Source: Bacteroidales bacterium H5 (GTDB lineage: Bacteria > Bacteroidota > Bacteroidia > Bacteroidales > Muribaculaceae). From it: 64,000 bases of DNA. Shown here piece by piece: positions 32,774-44,105 of the stretch. Under the pieces are notes generated by a model. That model was given only the letters and a program-made list of their open reading frames with translations. It searched no databases and was not told where the DNA came from. Position 1 is the stretch's first letter. Each line of letters starts with the position of its first letter. The translations under genes were made by a program, and so were the position numbers. Location: the NCBI GenBank assembly GCA_001701225.1, contig DAAQ01000021.1:73950-137949 (forward strand). Reading direction: 5' to 3'.

Positions 32774-34024
32774 ATGAAAGAAGCTACAATCAAGCAGGCT
32801 TATGAGATAGCCCGCGAGCGCTATGCCGAGCTCGGCATCGACACCGAGAAGGCCCTCGAGACACTCCAGAACGTACAGATCTCGCTCCACTGCTGGCAGG
32901 CAGACGACGTGGCCGGCTTCGAGTCGACCGGCGACCTCACCGGCGGTATCCAGGCCACAGGCAACTATCCCGGCAAGGCACGCAATATCGACGAGCTCCG
33001 TGCCGACATCCTCAAGGCTCTCTCGTTCATCGCAGGCAGCCACCGTCTCAACCTCCATGAGATCTATGGAGAGTTTGGCGGAAAGAAGGTAGACCGCGAC
33101 GAGGTGACCATCGAGCATTTCCAGGGCTGGATTGACTGGGCCAAGGCCAACAACCTCAAGCTCGATTTCAACTCGACATCGTTCTCGCATCCCAAGAGCG
33201 GTTCTCTCTCGCTGTCCAATCCCGACAAGTCGATCCGCGATTTCTGGATCGAGCACACCAAGCGCTGCCGTGCCATCGCCAACGAGATGGGCCGTCAGCT
33301 CGACGACCAGTGCATCATGAACCTCTGGGTACATGACGGCCAGAAGGAGATGACAGTGAACCGTATGCTCTACCGCTCGCTGCTGAAGCAGTCGCTTGAC
33401 GAAATCTTCGAGACCAAGTACGACCACATGAAGGACTGCCTTGAGTCTAAGGTATTCGGCATCGGCCTCGAGGCCATGACCGTAGGCTCGAGCGACTTCT
33501 ACACCGCATATTGCGCCCAGAACAACAAGATCGTCACCCTCGACACAGGCCATTTCCACCCCACCGAGGTTGTGGGCGACAAGGTGTCGTCAATCCTGCT
33601 CTTCTGCCCGGAGATCATGCTGCACGTATCGCGCCCCATGCGCTGGGACTCGGACCACGTGACCATCATGGACGAGGCTACCCTCGAGCTGTGCATGGAG
33701 ATCACACGCTGCAACGCGCTTGACCGCGTACACATCGGTCTCGACTATTTCGACGGCTCGATGAACCGCATCGGTGCATACGTCATCGGCACACGCGCCA
33801 CACAGAAGTCTGTGCTCCGCGGCCTCCTCGAGCCCGTGGCTACACTCAGCGAGCTTGAGACCACCGACCGCAACTTCCAGAAGCTCGCGCTCATGGAAGA
33901 GGCCAAGGCAATGCCTTTCGGCGACGTATGGAATATGTTCTGCCTGCGAAACAATGTTCCCGCCGGTGCCGATTTCATCAAGGAAATCGAGAAATACGAG
34001 GCTGAAGTAACCTCAAAGCGCTAA
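32774..34024 (+). CDS. rhaA: L-rhamnose isomerase
   Basis: SLHCWQADDV, IQATGNYPGKAR, ESKVFGIG, DTGHFHPTE, HVSRPMRWDSDHV. Confidence 0.96.
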   Translation: MKEATIKQAYEIARERYAELGIDTEKALETLQNVQISLHCWQADDVAGFESTGDLTGGIQATGNYPGKARNIDELRADILKALSFIAGSHRLNLHEIYGEFGGKKVDRDEVTIEHFQGWIDWAKANNLKLDFNSTSFSHPKSGSLSLSNPDKSIRDFWIEHTKRCRAIANEMGRQLDDQCIMNLWVHDGQKEMTVNRMLYRSLLKQSLDEIFETKYDHMKDCLESKVFGIGLEAMTVGSSDFYTAYCAQNNKIVTLDTGHFHPTEVVGDKVSSILLFCPEIMLHVSRPMRWDSDHVTIMDEATLELCMEITRCNALDRVHIGLDYFDGSMNRIGAYVIGTRATQKSVLRGLLEPVATLSELETTDRNFQKLALMEEAKAMPFGDVWNMFCLRNNVPAGADFIKEIEKYEAEVTSKR

Positions 34025-34105
34025 TCAAGACAAACGAAGTGTGAGGCCATACCGGGTCGCCTGCGCGGCATCCGGGAGGGTCTCACACTCTCTCATTAAA
34101 CGCTT

Positions 34106-35134
34106 ATGCTTATCATAGGACTACTCATCATAGCCATCGGAGCCTTCTGCCAGGCAAGCTGCTATGTGCCCATCAACAAGATAAAATCGTGGAGCTGGGA
34201 GAGCTACTGGCTGGTGCAGGGTATATTCGCGTGGCTTGTGTTCCCGCTGCTCGGGGCTCTTCTGGCTGTGCCCGAAGGTCATACCCTCTGCGAGCTCTTC
34301 ACGGCCGACAACTCGTTCCGTATCTGGATGACCATCCTTTTCGGCGCCCTTTGGGGTGTCGGCGGCCTCACGTTCGGCCTTTCGATGCGCTATCTCGGCG
34401 TGGCCCTCGGCCAGTCGATAGCCCTGGGCACATGTGCCGGACTGGGCACCATCCTCGGCCCGGTGATGCTCAATATCTTCTTCCCCGAAGGTGACTATCT
34501 GTCCAAGCTGACTGCATCTGTCATCATCGGTGTTGTCGTGACCCTCATCGGTATCGCCGTCATCGGTATCGCCGGAGGCATGAAGTCGGCGTCGCTGAGC
34601 GAGGAGGAGAAGAAAAAGGCCGTGGCCGACTTCAATTTCCCCAAGGGTATCACCATCGCCCTGCTGGCAGGCGTGATGAGCGGCTGTTTCAATGTAGGCC
34701 TCGAGTTCGGTTCGGCCATAACATTCGAGCAGTCTGCCGAAATGTACAAGACCCTCCCTGCCACTTTCCTTGTGACGCTGGGCGGATTTGTCACCAACGC
34801 CGTCTACTGCCTGTATCAGAACTCTAAGAACCGCACTTTCGGCGACTATGGCAAGACCGCGCTCTATGCCAACAACCTCTTCTTCTGCGCCTTGGCCGGA
34901 CTGCTGTGGTACAGCCAGTTCTTCGGACTCGCGCTGGGCAAGGGATTCCTCACCGACTATCCCCCGCTGCTCACCTTCTCGTGGTGCATACTGATGGCCC
35001 TCAACGTCGTGTTCTCGAACGTGTGGGGCATCATCCTCAAGGAATGGAAGGGGTGCTCGCGCTCGACCATCACCGTGCTTGTCATCGGCCTTGTGATACT
35101 TATCGTCTCCTCGTTCTTACCGCAACTCATCTAA
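34106..35134 (+). CDS. rhaT: L-rhamnose/proton symporter
   Basis: WSWESYW, LWGVGGLTFGLSMRYLG, WGIILKEWKG; about 10 TM segments. Confidence 0.94.
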   Translation: MLIIGLLIIAIGAFCQASCYVPINKIKSWSWESYWLVQGIFAWLVFPLLGALLAVPEGHTLCELFTADNSFRIWMTILFGALWGVGGLTFGLSMRYLGVALGQSIALGTCAGLGTILGPVMLNIFFPEGDYLSKLTASVIIGVVVTLIGIAVIGIAGGMKSASLSEEEKKKAVADFNFPKGITIALLAGVMSGCFNVGLEFGSAITFEQSAEMYKTLPATFLVTLGGFVTNAVYCLYQNSKNRTFGDYGKTALYANNLFFCALAGLLWYSQFFGLALGKGFLTDYPPLLTFSWCILMALNVVFSNVWGIILKEWKGCSRSTITVLVIGLVILIVSSFLPQLI

Positions 35135-35160
35135 CCGACCAAAATTAAACAATACCAGTT

Positions 35161-35967
35161 ATGTCAATCTTAGACAACCGTCCCGCACTTGCCCGCGAGG
35201 TAGAACAGGTGGCCGAAGTGGCCGGATACCTCTGGCAGAAAGGGTGGGCTGAACGTAATGGCGGCAACATCACCGTCAATGTGACCGAATATGTGGATGA
35301 CGCTATCCGTGCCATGCCCGCCATCAGCCCGGCAGTGGCCATAGGCGCCACACTGCCTCATCTCAAGGGTTGCTATTTCTTCTGCAAGGGCACCAACCGC
35401 CGCATGCGCGACCTGGCCCGCTGGCCTATGGAGAACGGCTCGTTCATCCGCATCCTCGACGACTGCGCCCACTATGAGATAATAGCCGACAACCCCGTGA
35501 AGCCAACCTCGGAGCTCCCCTCGCACCTGGCCGTCCACAACTATCTCATCGAGAAGGGCTCGCCCTATAAGGCATCGCTGCACACACATCCCATCGAGCT
35601 CGTGGCCATGAGCCATTGCAAGAAATTCCTCGACAAGGATGTCGCCACCCGTCTGCTCTGGAGCATGATCCCCGAGACCAAAGCATTCTGTCCGCGCGGT
35701 CTGGGCATCATCCCCTATCAGCTCCCCGGCTCGAACGAGCTCGCCACCTCGACCATCCGCGAGCTCGGCGACTATGACGTGACCCTGTGGGAGAAGCATG
35801 GCGTGTTTGCCATCGACACTGACATCATGGCTGCCTTCGACCAGGTGGACGTGCTCAACAAGTCGGCCCTCATCTACATCGCCGCCAAGAACATGGGCTT
35901 CGAGCCCGACGGCATGTCTGACGAGCAGATGGCCGAGATGACCAAGGCATTCAATCTGCCTAAATAA
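35161..35967 (+). CDS. rhaD: Rhamnulose-1-phosphate aldolase
   Basis: KGWAERNGGN, PTSELPSHL, HTHP, WEKHG. Confidence 0.95.
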   Translation: MSILDNRPALAREVEQVAEVAGYLWQKGWAERNGGNITVNVTEYVDDAIRAMPAISPAVAIGATLPHLKGCYFFCKGTNRRMRDLARWPMENGSFIRILDDCAHYEIIADNPVKPTSELPSHLAVHNYLIEKGSPYKASLHTHPIELVAMSHCKKFLDKDVATRLLWSMIPETKAFCPRGLGIIPYQLPGSNELATSTIRELGDYDVTLWEKHGVFAIDTDIMAAFDQVDVLNKSALIYIAAKNMGFEPDGMSDEQMAEMTKAFNLPK

Positions 35968-35988
35968 GCCTCTAAGGCACTGACCCTA

Positions 35989-36025
35989 AGACGGCCCACT
36001 GTTCCTGATGGACAGTGGGCCGTCT
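35989..36025 (+). terminator. Stem-loop ending the rha operon
   Basis: agacggcccactgt / acagtgggccgtct 14-bp stem, 22 nt after the rhaD stop. Confidence 0.75.
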
Positions 36026-36085
36026 GTCTATGAACTTTTCGGCCCTTTGAGGCATTATCTATATAAACGTTAAAACTCTTTAGAT

Positions 36086-36325
36086 ATGGATACTCTCGGA
36101 AAGGGCCTCTTCTGGCTGGGATTTATAGTACTGATCGGCGTCGTATTCGCTTATCTCATCATGATGATTGCGGGCTCGATAGCGTTCGCCACCACTACGG
36201 CTGTGCTCTCGATATGTGCGGTGATACTGATAGGCGCCCTGCTTATGATAATGGGGCGTGGATATGAACGTCGTGCCGAGCGCAAACGCGACCGGGAACT
36301 CTCGCAACCTCACACCACCAAATGA
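36086..36325 (+). CDS. Small hypothetical membrane protein (two TM segments, basic tail)
   Basis: 79-aa ORF with two hydrophobic segments, sitting between two stem-loops. Confidence 0.65.
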   Translation: MDTLGKGLFWLGFIVLIGVVFAYLIMMIAGSIAFATTTAVLSICAVILIGALLMIMGRGYERRAERKRDRELSQPHTTK

Positions 36326-36359
36326 CCTGACTCTACAGACTCTGACATATAAACACAAG

Positions 36360-36393
36360 AGCGTCCCACAGCCTCGCGAGGCTGTGGGACGCT
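36360..36393. terminator. Perfect 34-bp palindrome between convergent genes (likely bidirectional terminator)
   Basis: agcgtcccacagcctcg|cgaggctgtgggacgct. Confidence 0.75.
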
Positions 36394-36418
36394 TGGGTTA
36401 TTGAGGGTCAGGGTATTG

Positions 36419-38146
36419 TCAGAATACTACCTTGGCCACGACAGGATTGCCCTGTGCGTCGATGGCCTTGGCTACATATACGCCCGAGCCGAGACCTGTC
36501 TCGATGACTGCGGCAGGCTGTGCCGAGGTGTAGACGGTGCGGCCGTTGAGGTCGTAGACGGTGAGGCTGCGTGCATCGCCCGAGAGGGTGAAGACGCCAC
36601 CCTTGGATGCCTTGAGTGTGAGTGAGGAGCTGATATCGCCCACAGTCTCCTTGATGCCGGATTCGAGTCCGCCGATGACGTATGAGATATAGTCATATTC
36701 AGCTGTCCAGAATACGTAGGGGAAGACCGCGAGGGTGACGGTAGACATGTCGGGAGTGCAGAGGGGAGTGCCGGTCACGAGGACACCCTCGATGGTGATG
36801 GGGTTGTATTCGGCGTCGATGGTCTCGATGTCGTGCTTGAGGTTCTCTTCCATCCATGTGGCCACCGAGGGATCGGCTGTCTTGAAATAGTCGTAGATGA
36901 GTACGAAATCTTCAGCACCGGCCTTATAGATGTATCCCTGTGTGGGCATTGTGGTCGACATCATGTCGAAATAGTTTGTGCCGAGCATCGAGCCGTCGTC
37001 CATGATGGCCGATGCGGACACATTCTGTGTGGTGGGGAAGACCTTGGAGGCACCGGTCTCTAAGTCGAGCTGCACGGTATAGTTCATTGAGGGATCCCAG
37101 AAGGTCTCGCCGGCCTTGGATGCCACACCTGCGAGATATTTGCCGTTGGGCGAGATGAGGGATACGTTGAACACGTAGTTGGGCGACGCGTCGATGATTT
37201 CGCAGAATGTGTTCATGTAGGCCTCCCATGCTGTGTACCAGGTGGTATAGGCCTCGTTGTATGCGGTCACAGCGGCCTGATAGGCGGCTGCCTCCTCGGG
37301 TGACATGTATGATATGGGCTCGGGGGCCTCTCCCTCCCATGTCATCATCCACTCATTGTATGCAGCCTGATATGCGGCAAGCTCCTCGGCTGTCATATAG
37401 TCCTGATACTCGGGGCCTTCGGGCTGGGGGCCGGGATTGGTCGGAATATCAAGATGGTTCGGGTTGAACAGCTCGCTGCCGGGGTACGAGTATTCGTAGC
37501 TTCCCTCGGAATTCTTCTTCCAGAGGATGGGATAGATGTAGAAGCCGGATTCCTCGACTACCTGACCGGCTATCACGGAGCCGTCGGCGCTGACCGAGAG
37601 GGCGTTGACGTATTGGGGATGACCGCCGAAGACATCTGTCTCGGGCCACGGGAGGAGGTTCTCGCTCTCGTAGATGCCGTCGCCGTCGTTGTCAAGCCAG
37701 TAGACGGGTATCATCATCGTGCCGTCATTGCCGAGGGTGTTGTCGAGATTGGAGACGTCGCCGACAATCATGGTGCCGTCGGTGGTGATGGCGTTGGTGA
37801 ATCGCATGGGATACTTGGCTGCCGAGGCAATCTGATGCCATTCGCCGTCACGCCAGTATGCGGCATCGCCGTCGTATGTGGTCGAGCCGACCATGATGCC
37901 GTTGCTCGAGAAGACGTTGCCGTGACCGACCGAATAGTCGGTCGTCATGCCGTCGCCGAGATAGTCATATATCTGGCCTGTCTGCTGGTCCTTGATGGTC
38001 AGCTCACCGTCCTTCACCGAGACGATATAGCGTCCGTCGGGTGATATGCCCTGGAGATAGAAGTTTTCGATTGTCTCGGGAGTCGCGCCCGAGGCTGCAC
38101 CTGCGGCGAGCAGGGCCACTGCGCTTGCGAGTAAAGATTTCTTCAT
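36419..38146 (-). CDS. Secreted acidic beta-propeller-like protein with T9SS type A C-terminal sorting domain
   Basis: Signal peptide; repeated ISPDGRYIV / ITTDGTMIVG / VSADGSVIAG / ISPNGKYLAG blades; CTD VYDLNGR...SGVYVAK...KVVF; minus-strand TACCTTTG at 38194-38201. Confidence 0.8.
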   Translation of the reverse strand: MKKSLLASAVALLAAGAASGATPETIENFYLQGISPDGRYIVSVKDGELTIKDQQTGQIYDYLGDGMTTDYSVGHGNVFSSNGIMVGSTTYDGDAAYWRDGEWHQIASAAKYPMRFTNAITTDGTMIVGDVSNLDNTLGNDGTMMIPVYWLDNDGDGIYESENLLPWPETDVFGGHPQYVNALSVSADGSVIAGQVVEESGFYIYPILWKKNSEGSYEYSYPGSELFNPNHLDIPTNPGPQPEGPEYQDYMTAEELAAYQAAYNEWMMTWEGEAPEPISYMSPEEAAAYQAAVTAYNEAYTTWYTAWEAYMNTFCEIIDASPNYVFNVSLISPNGKYLAGVASKAGETFWDPSMNYTVQLDLETGASKVFPTTQNVSASAIMDDGSMLGTNYFDMMSTTMPTQGYIYKAGAEDFVLIYDYFKTADPSVATWMEENLKHDIETIDAEYNPITIEGVLVTGTPLCTPDMSTVTLAVFPYVFWTAEYDYISYVIGGLESGIKETVGDISSSLTLKASKGGVFTLSGDARSLTVYDLNGRTVYTSAQPAAVIETGLGSGVYVAKAIDAQGNPVVAKVVF

Positions 38147-38275
38147 ATGATTTGATTAGGTGTTTGTATATGCACTTTGTGCTTTAGTCTGTGCAAAGGT
38201 ATGTATAAATTTTAACTTATGGATAAGAAATTGATGAAAAAATTGAATTTTGGGGACAAAAATTGTGGATTTGTC

Positions 38276-38321
38276 AAAAAAAAGTGACGGGCAACGTGAG
38301 CTGTGTCACGGCACCCGCCAT
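38276..38321 (-). terminator. Probable terminator of the polysaccharide locus
   Basis: Imperfect GC stem (gtgacggg...cccgccat) followed by T8 on the minus strand, just after gmd. Confidence 0.55.
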
Positions 38322-38353
38322 ATTGGTCAGGCCTTATGGAGGTGAGGGGAGGG

Positions 38354-39445
38354 TTATTTCACGATACCCTTCTCAAGATACTCCTCAAGGTTTGTCCTCA
38401 CCTGTTCGCCTGCGCGCTCCACGGCTACCTTGGCCATGTCGGCGTCGACCATGAGGTTGACAAGCTGCTCGAACGATGTCTTCTTGGTGGGATCCCAGCC
38501 CAATTCCTTGCGGGCCTTGGAGGGGTCGCCCCAGAGGTTGACGACATCGGTGGGACGGTAGAAGTCGGGCGACACTTCGATGACAGTCTTGCCGGTCTTG
38601 ACGTCGATGCCCTTCTCGTTCTCGCCCTCGCCCTCGAAACGCAGCTCAATGCCGGCGCGGCGGAAGGCCAGCAGGCAGAACTCGCGTACGGAGTGCTGCT
38701 CGCCGGTGGCAATCACATAGTCGTCGGGCTTGGGCTGCTGCAGGATGAGCCACATGCACTCCACATAGTCCTTGGCATAGCCCCAGTCGCGGAGCGAGGA
38801 GAGGTTGCCCAGATAGAGCTTCTCCTGCTTGCCCTGTGCGATGCGGGCGGCGGCGAGGGTAATCTTGCGGGTCACGAATGTCTCGCCACGGCGCTCGGAC
38901 TCGTGGTTGAAGAGGATGCCCGAGCAGCAGTACATGTTGTAAGCCTCGCGATACTCCTTGATGATCCAGAAGCCATAGAGCTTGGCTACGGCATAGGGGG
39001 AGTAGGGATGGAAGGGTGTCTTCTCGTTCTGGGGCACCTCCTCGACCTTGCCGTAGAGCTCGGAGGTCGAAGCCTGATAGATGCGGCATGTGTCGCCCAA
39101 ACCGCAGAGGCGCACAGCCTCGAGGATGCGGAGAACACCGGTAGCGTCGACATCGGCCGTGAACTCGGGCGAGTCGAAAGATACCTGCACGTGGCTCTGT
39201 GCCGCGAGGTTGTAGATTTCGTCGGGACGCACCTTCGACACAACCTGCATGATCGACATCGAGTCGCCCAGGTCGGCGTAGTGGAGGTGGAAATGAGGCT
39301 CGCCTTCGAGGTGGGCGATGCGCTCGCGGAAATCGACAGACGAGCGGCGGATGGTGCCGTGCACGTCATAACCCTTCTCAAGCAGGAGTTCGGCCAGGAA
39401 GCTACCGTCCTGGCCGGTGATACCGGTGATTAAAGCTTTCTTCAT
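38354..39445 (-). CDS. gmd: GDP-mannose 4,6-dehydratase
   Basis: [62 protein letters not shown]. Confidence 0.96.
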   Translation of the reverse strand: MKKALITGITGQDGSFLAELLLEKGYDVHGTIRRSSVDFRERIAHLEGEPHFHLHYADLGDSMSIMQVVSKVRPDEIYNLAAQSHVQVSFDSPEFTADVDATGVLRILEAVRLCGLGDTCRIYQASTSELYGKVEEVPQNEKTPFHPYSPYAVAKLYGFWIIKEYREAYNMYCCSGILFNHESERRGETFVTRKITLAAARIAQGKQEKLYLGNLSSLRDWGYAKDYVECMWLILQQPKPDDYVIATGEQHSVREFCLLAFRRAGIELRFEGEGENEKGIDVKTGKTVIEVSPDFYRPTDVVNLWGDPSKARKELGWDPTKKTSFEQLVNLMVDADMAKVAVERAGEQVRTNLEEYLEKGIVK

Positions 39446-39516
39446 TGTAAGTGTACTTAATTGGAAATTATATGGTGTTGAGAATGTGTGTATTCTGCGT
39501 ATGGAGTGGCGCGGGG

Positions 39517-40512
39517 TCACTCTGACTTGAACGTGATTTCGTCGGGCCTGGGATGGACAAACTCAAACTCGAGGGTCCTTGCCAGCCCTTCGTCGAGGGT
39601 ATAGGGAGCCTTGAAGCCGCACGAATGGACCTTGGTGGCATCGAACTCGGTGGTGGCGCAGAATTTCTTGACTCGCACAGACGAGATGGTCAGCTTCTTG
39701 CCCGTGAGCATGGCCAGAAGGTCGAAACAGTAGCCGCCGAGCATCCCCATCCACAGCGGAAAGTGTGTGGCCGGAATCTGTTTGCCGAGCACTTTCGACA
39801 CATGGCTGACGAGCTGGTTCATGTTGTTGTCCGGCTTGTCTATATAGTTGAAAACGTTGTAACCCTCGGTTATATTGTCTATCATGTATTTTATGAATGC
39901 AACGACATTGCCTACGTATGCCATGGACTTGCGGTTCTCGCCCGAGCCGACCATGAGGAACCGCCCGGACGAAATCTGTCTGAGAAGGTTATAGACATTC
40001 CCTCGGTTGCGCTCGCCGAAGATGACTGTGGGGCGGATGATGTCTATGTTCCACCCCGGATGCGACTCATACCAGCGCTCAAGCACCTGTTCGGCCTGCC
40101 ATTTGGACTTGCCGTAGTGGTTGAAAGGGTCTTTGGGATGGTTCTCGTCAGGGTTCTTCTTGTTGAGTCCATAGACGGCAACCGAGGAGAAGAAGATGAT
40201 GCGCCGTATTCCGTTCTTCTCCATTGCCCGCAGCGTCACCTCCATGCCGCCGACATTGGTCTCATAATAAAGCGATGTTGGTGTCACGTCGTCTCGGTGC
40301 TGTGCCGCCAGCAATATCACAAGGTCGGCACCTGCAAGCTCGCGGTCCATCTGCTCCTGCTCGCGCACGTCGCCTATGACAGTGAGGTCGTTGAAGAAAT
40401 GGCTCGGGAGAAGGTCAATGTTCTTACATTCGTATCTATCCGGCTCGTCTTTAAGAAGATTGATTATTCTGGTGCCTACGAAGCCGCTGGCACCGATAAG
40501 AGCAATTTTCAT
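39517..40512 (-). CDS. gnu: NAD-dependent epimerase, Gnu-like (GlcNAc-PP-undecaprenol 4-epimerase)
   Basis: [52 protein letters not shown]; closely resembles E. coli Gnu as recalled. Confidence 0.75.
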   Translation of the reverse strand: MKIALIGASGFVGTRIINLLKDEPDRYECKNIDLLPSHFFNDLTVIGDVREQEQMDRELAGADLVILLAAQHRDDVTPTSLYYETNVGGMEVTLRAMEKNGIRRIIFFSSVAVYGLNKKNPDENHPKDPFNHYGKSKWQAEQVLERWYESHPGWNIDIIRPTVIFGERNRGNVYNLLRQISSGRFLMVGSGENRKSMAYVGNVVAFIKYMIDNITEGYNVFNYIDKPDNNMNQLVSHVSKVLGKQIPATHFPLWMGMLGGYCFDLLAMLTGKKLTISSVRVKKFCATTEFDATKVHSCGFKAPYTLDEGLARTLEFEFVHPRPDEITFKSE

Positions 40513-40547
40513 AATGTGGAATTGTATTTGTGTTTCTGGTGGTATGT

Positions 40548-41312
40548 CTACAGTTTTAACTTATGTCGTATCATGTCTATGGCCTTGGGAGCAAGTCTCT
40601 TCACAGGGTAGAGCCACGAGACCTCGAACCCGTTCTTGCGGAATGCCCTCATGACGTTGCAGTTGCCCCTGATGATGTTGGAGAGAGCCCCGGTGCTCTT
40701 GCCTCCCATGCGCATCTTGACGAATGTATGCGGAATGTATCTGGTGGAAATGCCTTCACGCTCGATAAACCGCAGCATGAGTTCGAAATCGGCCGACACC
40801 TCGAACGATGTATCAAAGACACCGAACCGCCCGAAACACTCCCTGCGGACATAGAATGTGGGGTGCGCAGGATGCCAGCCCTGAAGGAATCCCCCCCTAA
40901 AATGCTGTGAGCCACGCCATTGGCGTACTATGCGCGAGGTGTCGCTCGGGTCGACGAAATCAAGGTCTCCATATACGGCGTCGACATCGGCACAGCCTTC
41001 GGCGATAAGCCTGAGCACGTCGCTGTCGGCATAGAAATCGTCAGAGTTCAGTATGCCCACGACATCACCCGTGGTAAGGGAGATGCCTTTGTTCATCGCA
41101 TCATATAGCCCGTCGTCCGGGCCGGAATACCATTTGAGCTTTCCTCCGAATTTTGGCATGAACCCGTCGACAATCTCCTTAGTATTGTCGCGTGACCCAC
41201 CGTCGATTATCAGCACCTCATAGTCGGTATAAGTCTGCGCCAGGATACTCTCCAGAGTATCCTGCAAAGTCCTCCCGCTGTCGTAAGTAGCTGTGATTAT
41301 TGAGATTTTCAT
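40548..41312 (-). CDS. Glycosyltransferase family 2 (WcaE-like)
   Basis: KISIITATY, IIDGGSRD, GLYDAMNKG, LNSDD, HPAHPTFY, ADFELMLR. Confidence 0.9.
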   Translation of the reverse strand: MKISIITATYDSGRTLQDTLESILAQTYTDYEVLIIDGGSRDNTKEIVDGFMPKFGGKLKWYSGPDDGLYDAMNKGISLTTGDVVGILNSDDFYADSDVLRLIAEGCADVDAVYGDLDFVDPSDTSRIVRQWRGSQHFRGGFLQGWHPAHPTFYVRRECFGRFGVFDTSFEVSADFELMLRFIEREGISTRYIPHTFVKMRMGGKSTGALSNIIRGNCNVMRAFRKNGFEVSWLYPVKRLAPKAIDMIRHKLKL

Positions 41313-41329
41313 ATACAGAATATGACTCG

Positions 41330-42388
41330 TTATATAAGGATATTATCGACAATATCCTTCATCCTACTGTTGTTGTTTCGGTAATAAAATGTCTTTTCAA
41401 ATATATCACGGGCGTTTTCGGAGTAATCACGAAAATCATGCAGCAGCTTTAGGAGCGCTTCTTTTATCTGTCCGTAATCCTGATTGTTTTCACAGCATAC
41501 GACGTTTTTGCCCTCGATAGAGAACTCCGAAAGGTTTCGTCTCAGCACAATGGCCGGTGTGCCGAACATCCCGGCCTTGGCAAGCACACCGCTTTGAGTA
41601 GTACGGTGATAGGCATTCCAGACACAATATGACTCTGCGTAACATCGGTTTATCTCTTCGTCCGAGAGAGGGTGGCCGTCTATCACTTTGAGCAGTCCCT
41701 TCTCTCTCATCTCACGCAGTTCGCGGCTGTCGGGCACAGTGTTGCGTGTGGCTATCATGAATCTGAGCCTGTCGGTCAGCTCATGATCTTCAGACGCACG
41801 GATTATGAATCTGACGAAATCGTCGAAGGCGTGATCCTGGGCTATTGTGCCTATGTATGAGAAATACTTCCTCTCGGGGCGCCCGGCCGTAGACTCGTCG
41901 CAGAACAGCAGGGGGAGATGATGGTATCTGCTGTTTATCTTACTTGCCAACGAATCCTCATACAGGCTGTAAGCCTTGCGCGAAGGAAGCAATATCACAT
42001 CTGAGAGCTGTATGAATGTCAGCGTGACGAGATAGCGGGCATATATCTTGGCAATCTCTATGCCGGGCAGCCCGAGGCTGCGGTAAACGCCGAATGCCTC
42101 AAGCGGTTCGTGGAACACGAATATTATCTTTGCTCCAAACCGTGATTTTAGCCTCATCATCTCTCTGATGTTGCCTGTGGCCGGAAACCAGAATACTGCT
42201 ATATCCACGCTCTCTGCCTGACTGAGGTCTGTTATGTATCTGACATCTTCGGGCAGGAATGGTGCGAGTTGCGGATTTATGTATAGGCAGCTCCTGAATC
42301 CGATTTCCTCAAACTGGCGATAGCTTGCCACAAGGTGTGACACATGTGCCACACGGAAATTCAATGAGATTATAAGGGCGTTTTTCAT
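41330..42388 (-). CDS. Putative GT-B fold glycosyltransferase
   Basis: YIGTI.., [18 protein letters not shown] pattern; lies within the polysaccharide locus. Confidence 0.7.
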   Translation of the reverse strand: MKNALIISLNFRVAHVSHLVASYRQFEEIGFRSCLYINPQLAPFLPEDVRYITDLSQAESVDIAVFWFPATGNIREMMRLKSRFGAKIIFVFHEPLEAFGVYRSLGLPGIEIAKIYARYLVTLTFIQLSDVILLPSRKAYSLYEDSLASKINSRYHHLPLLFCDESTAGRPERKYFSYIGTIAQDHAFDDFVRFIIRASEDHELTDRLRFMIATRNTVPDSRELREMREKGLLKVIDGHPLSDEEINRCYAESYCVWNAYHRTTQSGVLAKAGMFGTPAIVLRRNLSEFSIEGKNVVCCENNQDYGQIKEALLKLLHDFRDYSENARDIFEKTFYYRNNNSRMKDIVDNILI

Positions 42389-42987
42389 TCGATTGCCTTC
42401 TGGAAATCCGGGATTGAACTCTTTAGCTCCTCGTCCGGCCTATCCCACCATCTCTCATTCAGAATTCTCTCTATAATTGAGGACGAGAATCTATATTTGA
42501 TTATTTTTGCTGGACAGCCACCGACAATGGCAAAGGGGGGGACATCCTTTGTAACGACCGCTCCGGCTCCAATGCATGCTCCGTCACCAATTGTGACTCC
42601 TCCAAGAATCATGGCACCATACCCGATCCAGACATCATTCCCTATCTTTACGCGCCTGAATGGGGGTGCGACTGATTCGCTTATCCATGAATATCCTGTC
42701 GCATTCTGCTTTTCCGTGAAAATGGGAGATGTAGACAGAAAGTTCATGGTGTGATTGCCGAGCCCAATATTGACATTGCTTGCAACCGAGCAAAATGCCC
42801 CCATGTCAGTCTCGCATATCCAGCTCCCGATACCGACATAGCTATATCGTCCGATTGAAGAGTTGATAATATGGGTGTTTCTGTAAATCCTCGCCTTCGG
42901 ACTTATCGTTGACCTGTCATCGACAAGTGCAGTCAAAGATACTCCCCGTTGGAACAGATGTCTAAATATCCCTTTCAGGTATCCCAT
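42385..42987 (-). CDS. Hexapeptide-repeat (CatB/Vat-related) O-acetyltransferase
   Basis: [52 protein letters not shown]. Confidence 0.88.
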   Translation of the reverse strand: MGYLKGIFRHLFQRGVSLTALVDDRSTISPKARIYRNTHIINSSIGRYSYVGIGSWICETDMGAFCSVASNVNIGLGNHTMNFLSTSPIFTEKQNATGYSWISESVAPPFRRVKIGNDVWIGYGAMILGGVTIGDGACIGAGAVVTKDVPPFAIVGGCPAKIIKYRFSSSIIERILNERWWDRPDEELKSSIPDFQKAIE

Positions 42988-44093
42988 TATCTCAAATTAT
43001 CCTTTAAAACATTCATCTGATATTTTGTGTTCCATGCCGATTCTATCTCATTGTAACATGCTTCCCGGACACTTTCCCTGTCGCTCTTATGGCGTTCTAT
43101 CCACCGGGATATTTCCTCGGCCAATGACTCGACATTCCCGTACTTAAAGAATGCTCCAGTCCCATTCTCGATTATTGCTTCAAACTCCGGCATCTGCATC
43201 GGGAAGTTGTCATGCGTGAGGACGGGGGTTCCGAATGCCATGGTATGCATTGCCGTAAGCCCTACGTTTCCCGGTGCCACGCATAAATCTGCATTATATA
43301 TCAATGACGCATTTTTAGAATCATCATAACAGGCGCCATAAAACCAGACTCTCTCCTCAAGGCCGAGACGTTTTGTCATGGACTTAAGTTCTTCGGCTTT
43401 GCTTCCGTCACCGATAAGTGTGAGATTGACATAAAAATTCTTGTCAATCAGTATCTTCATAGCTTCAAGCAGCATGTCGATGCGTTTGATTGGCGTGAGC
43501 CGCCCCACGAATATAAGATTCGGACTTTCATTCTTGAAATGATCCTTGTATATGGAGAAGCTGTCAAGTCTCTCACGTAAGGCTTTTTGGTTTTCATAAT
43601 CGAGTGAGTTGTGGATTACAAAAAGCCTGTCTTCTGGGAAGCCTTCCTCTATCATAAGTTTTTTTGCATAATTGCCATAAAGGAATATGCCGTCGGCCTG
43701 TCTGAAAAAGATACGTTTAAGTATTTTTTTCAGCTTTCCTTCGCGTCCATACCAACCATGGGTCCAAAGGAATATCTTCTTGTTTCTCGCTATGAGCGGC
43801 TTTATGAGCAGCATAATCCATGTAGAGATACAGTTGAACTCCCCTAACATGAGGTAGGTGTCATATTTCTTTTCTACAAGCAGCCTTATGATGTTGTTTT
43901 GAAAATAGAAAGGTTTGATTAATGCAGTGTTATTGACGAGAGTGGCCCTTTTAAGGACTGACAGGTCAAAACCCTCTATGTCTGTATCATTAGAGCCGAA
44001 ATACCAGTCACATTCCCATGCCTTATCTATCTCACGGTAAATGGCCTCCCTATATTTTTGCGCGAAATTATATATTATGCAAAGATGTTTCAT
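42987..44093 (-). CDS. Glycosyltransferase family 4
   Basis: [36 protein letters not shown]. Confidence 0.88.
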   Translation of the reverse strand: MKHLCIIYNFAQKYREAIYREIDKAWECDWYFGSNDTDIEGFDLSVLKRATLVNNTALIKPFYFQNNIIRLLVEKKYDTYLMLGEFNCISTWIMLLIKPLIARNKKIFLWTHGWYGREGKLKKILKRIFFRQADGIFLYGNYAKKLMIEEGFPEDRLFVIHNSLDYENQKALRERLDSFSIYKDHFKNESPNLIFVGRLTPIKRIDMLLEAMKILIDKNFYVNLTLIGDGSKAEELKSMTKRLGLEERVWFYGACYDDSKNASLIYNADLCVAPGNVGLTAMHTMAFGTPVLTHDNFPMQMPEFEAIIENGTGAFFKYGNVESLAEEISRWIERHKSDRESVREACYNEIESAWNTKYQMNVLKDNLR

Positions 44094-44105
44094 TTAGGAA
44101 CCTTA

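Noticed and set aside
42385..42987. Possible chloramphenicol/streptogramin resistance gene (CatB/Vat-like)
   Set aside because: Embedded and translationally coupled within a polysaccharide locus; more plausibly a sugar O-acetyltransferase.
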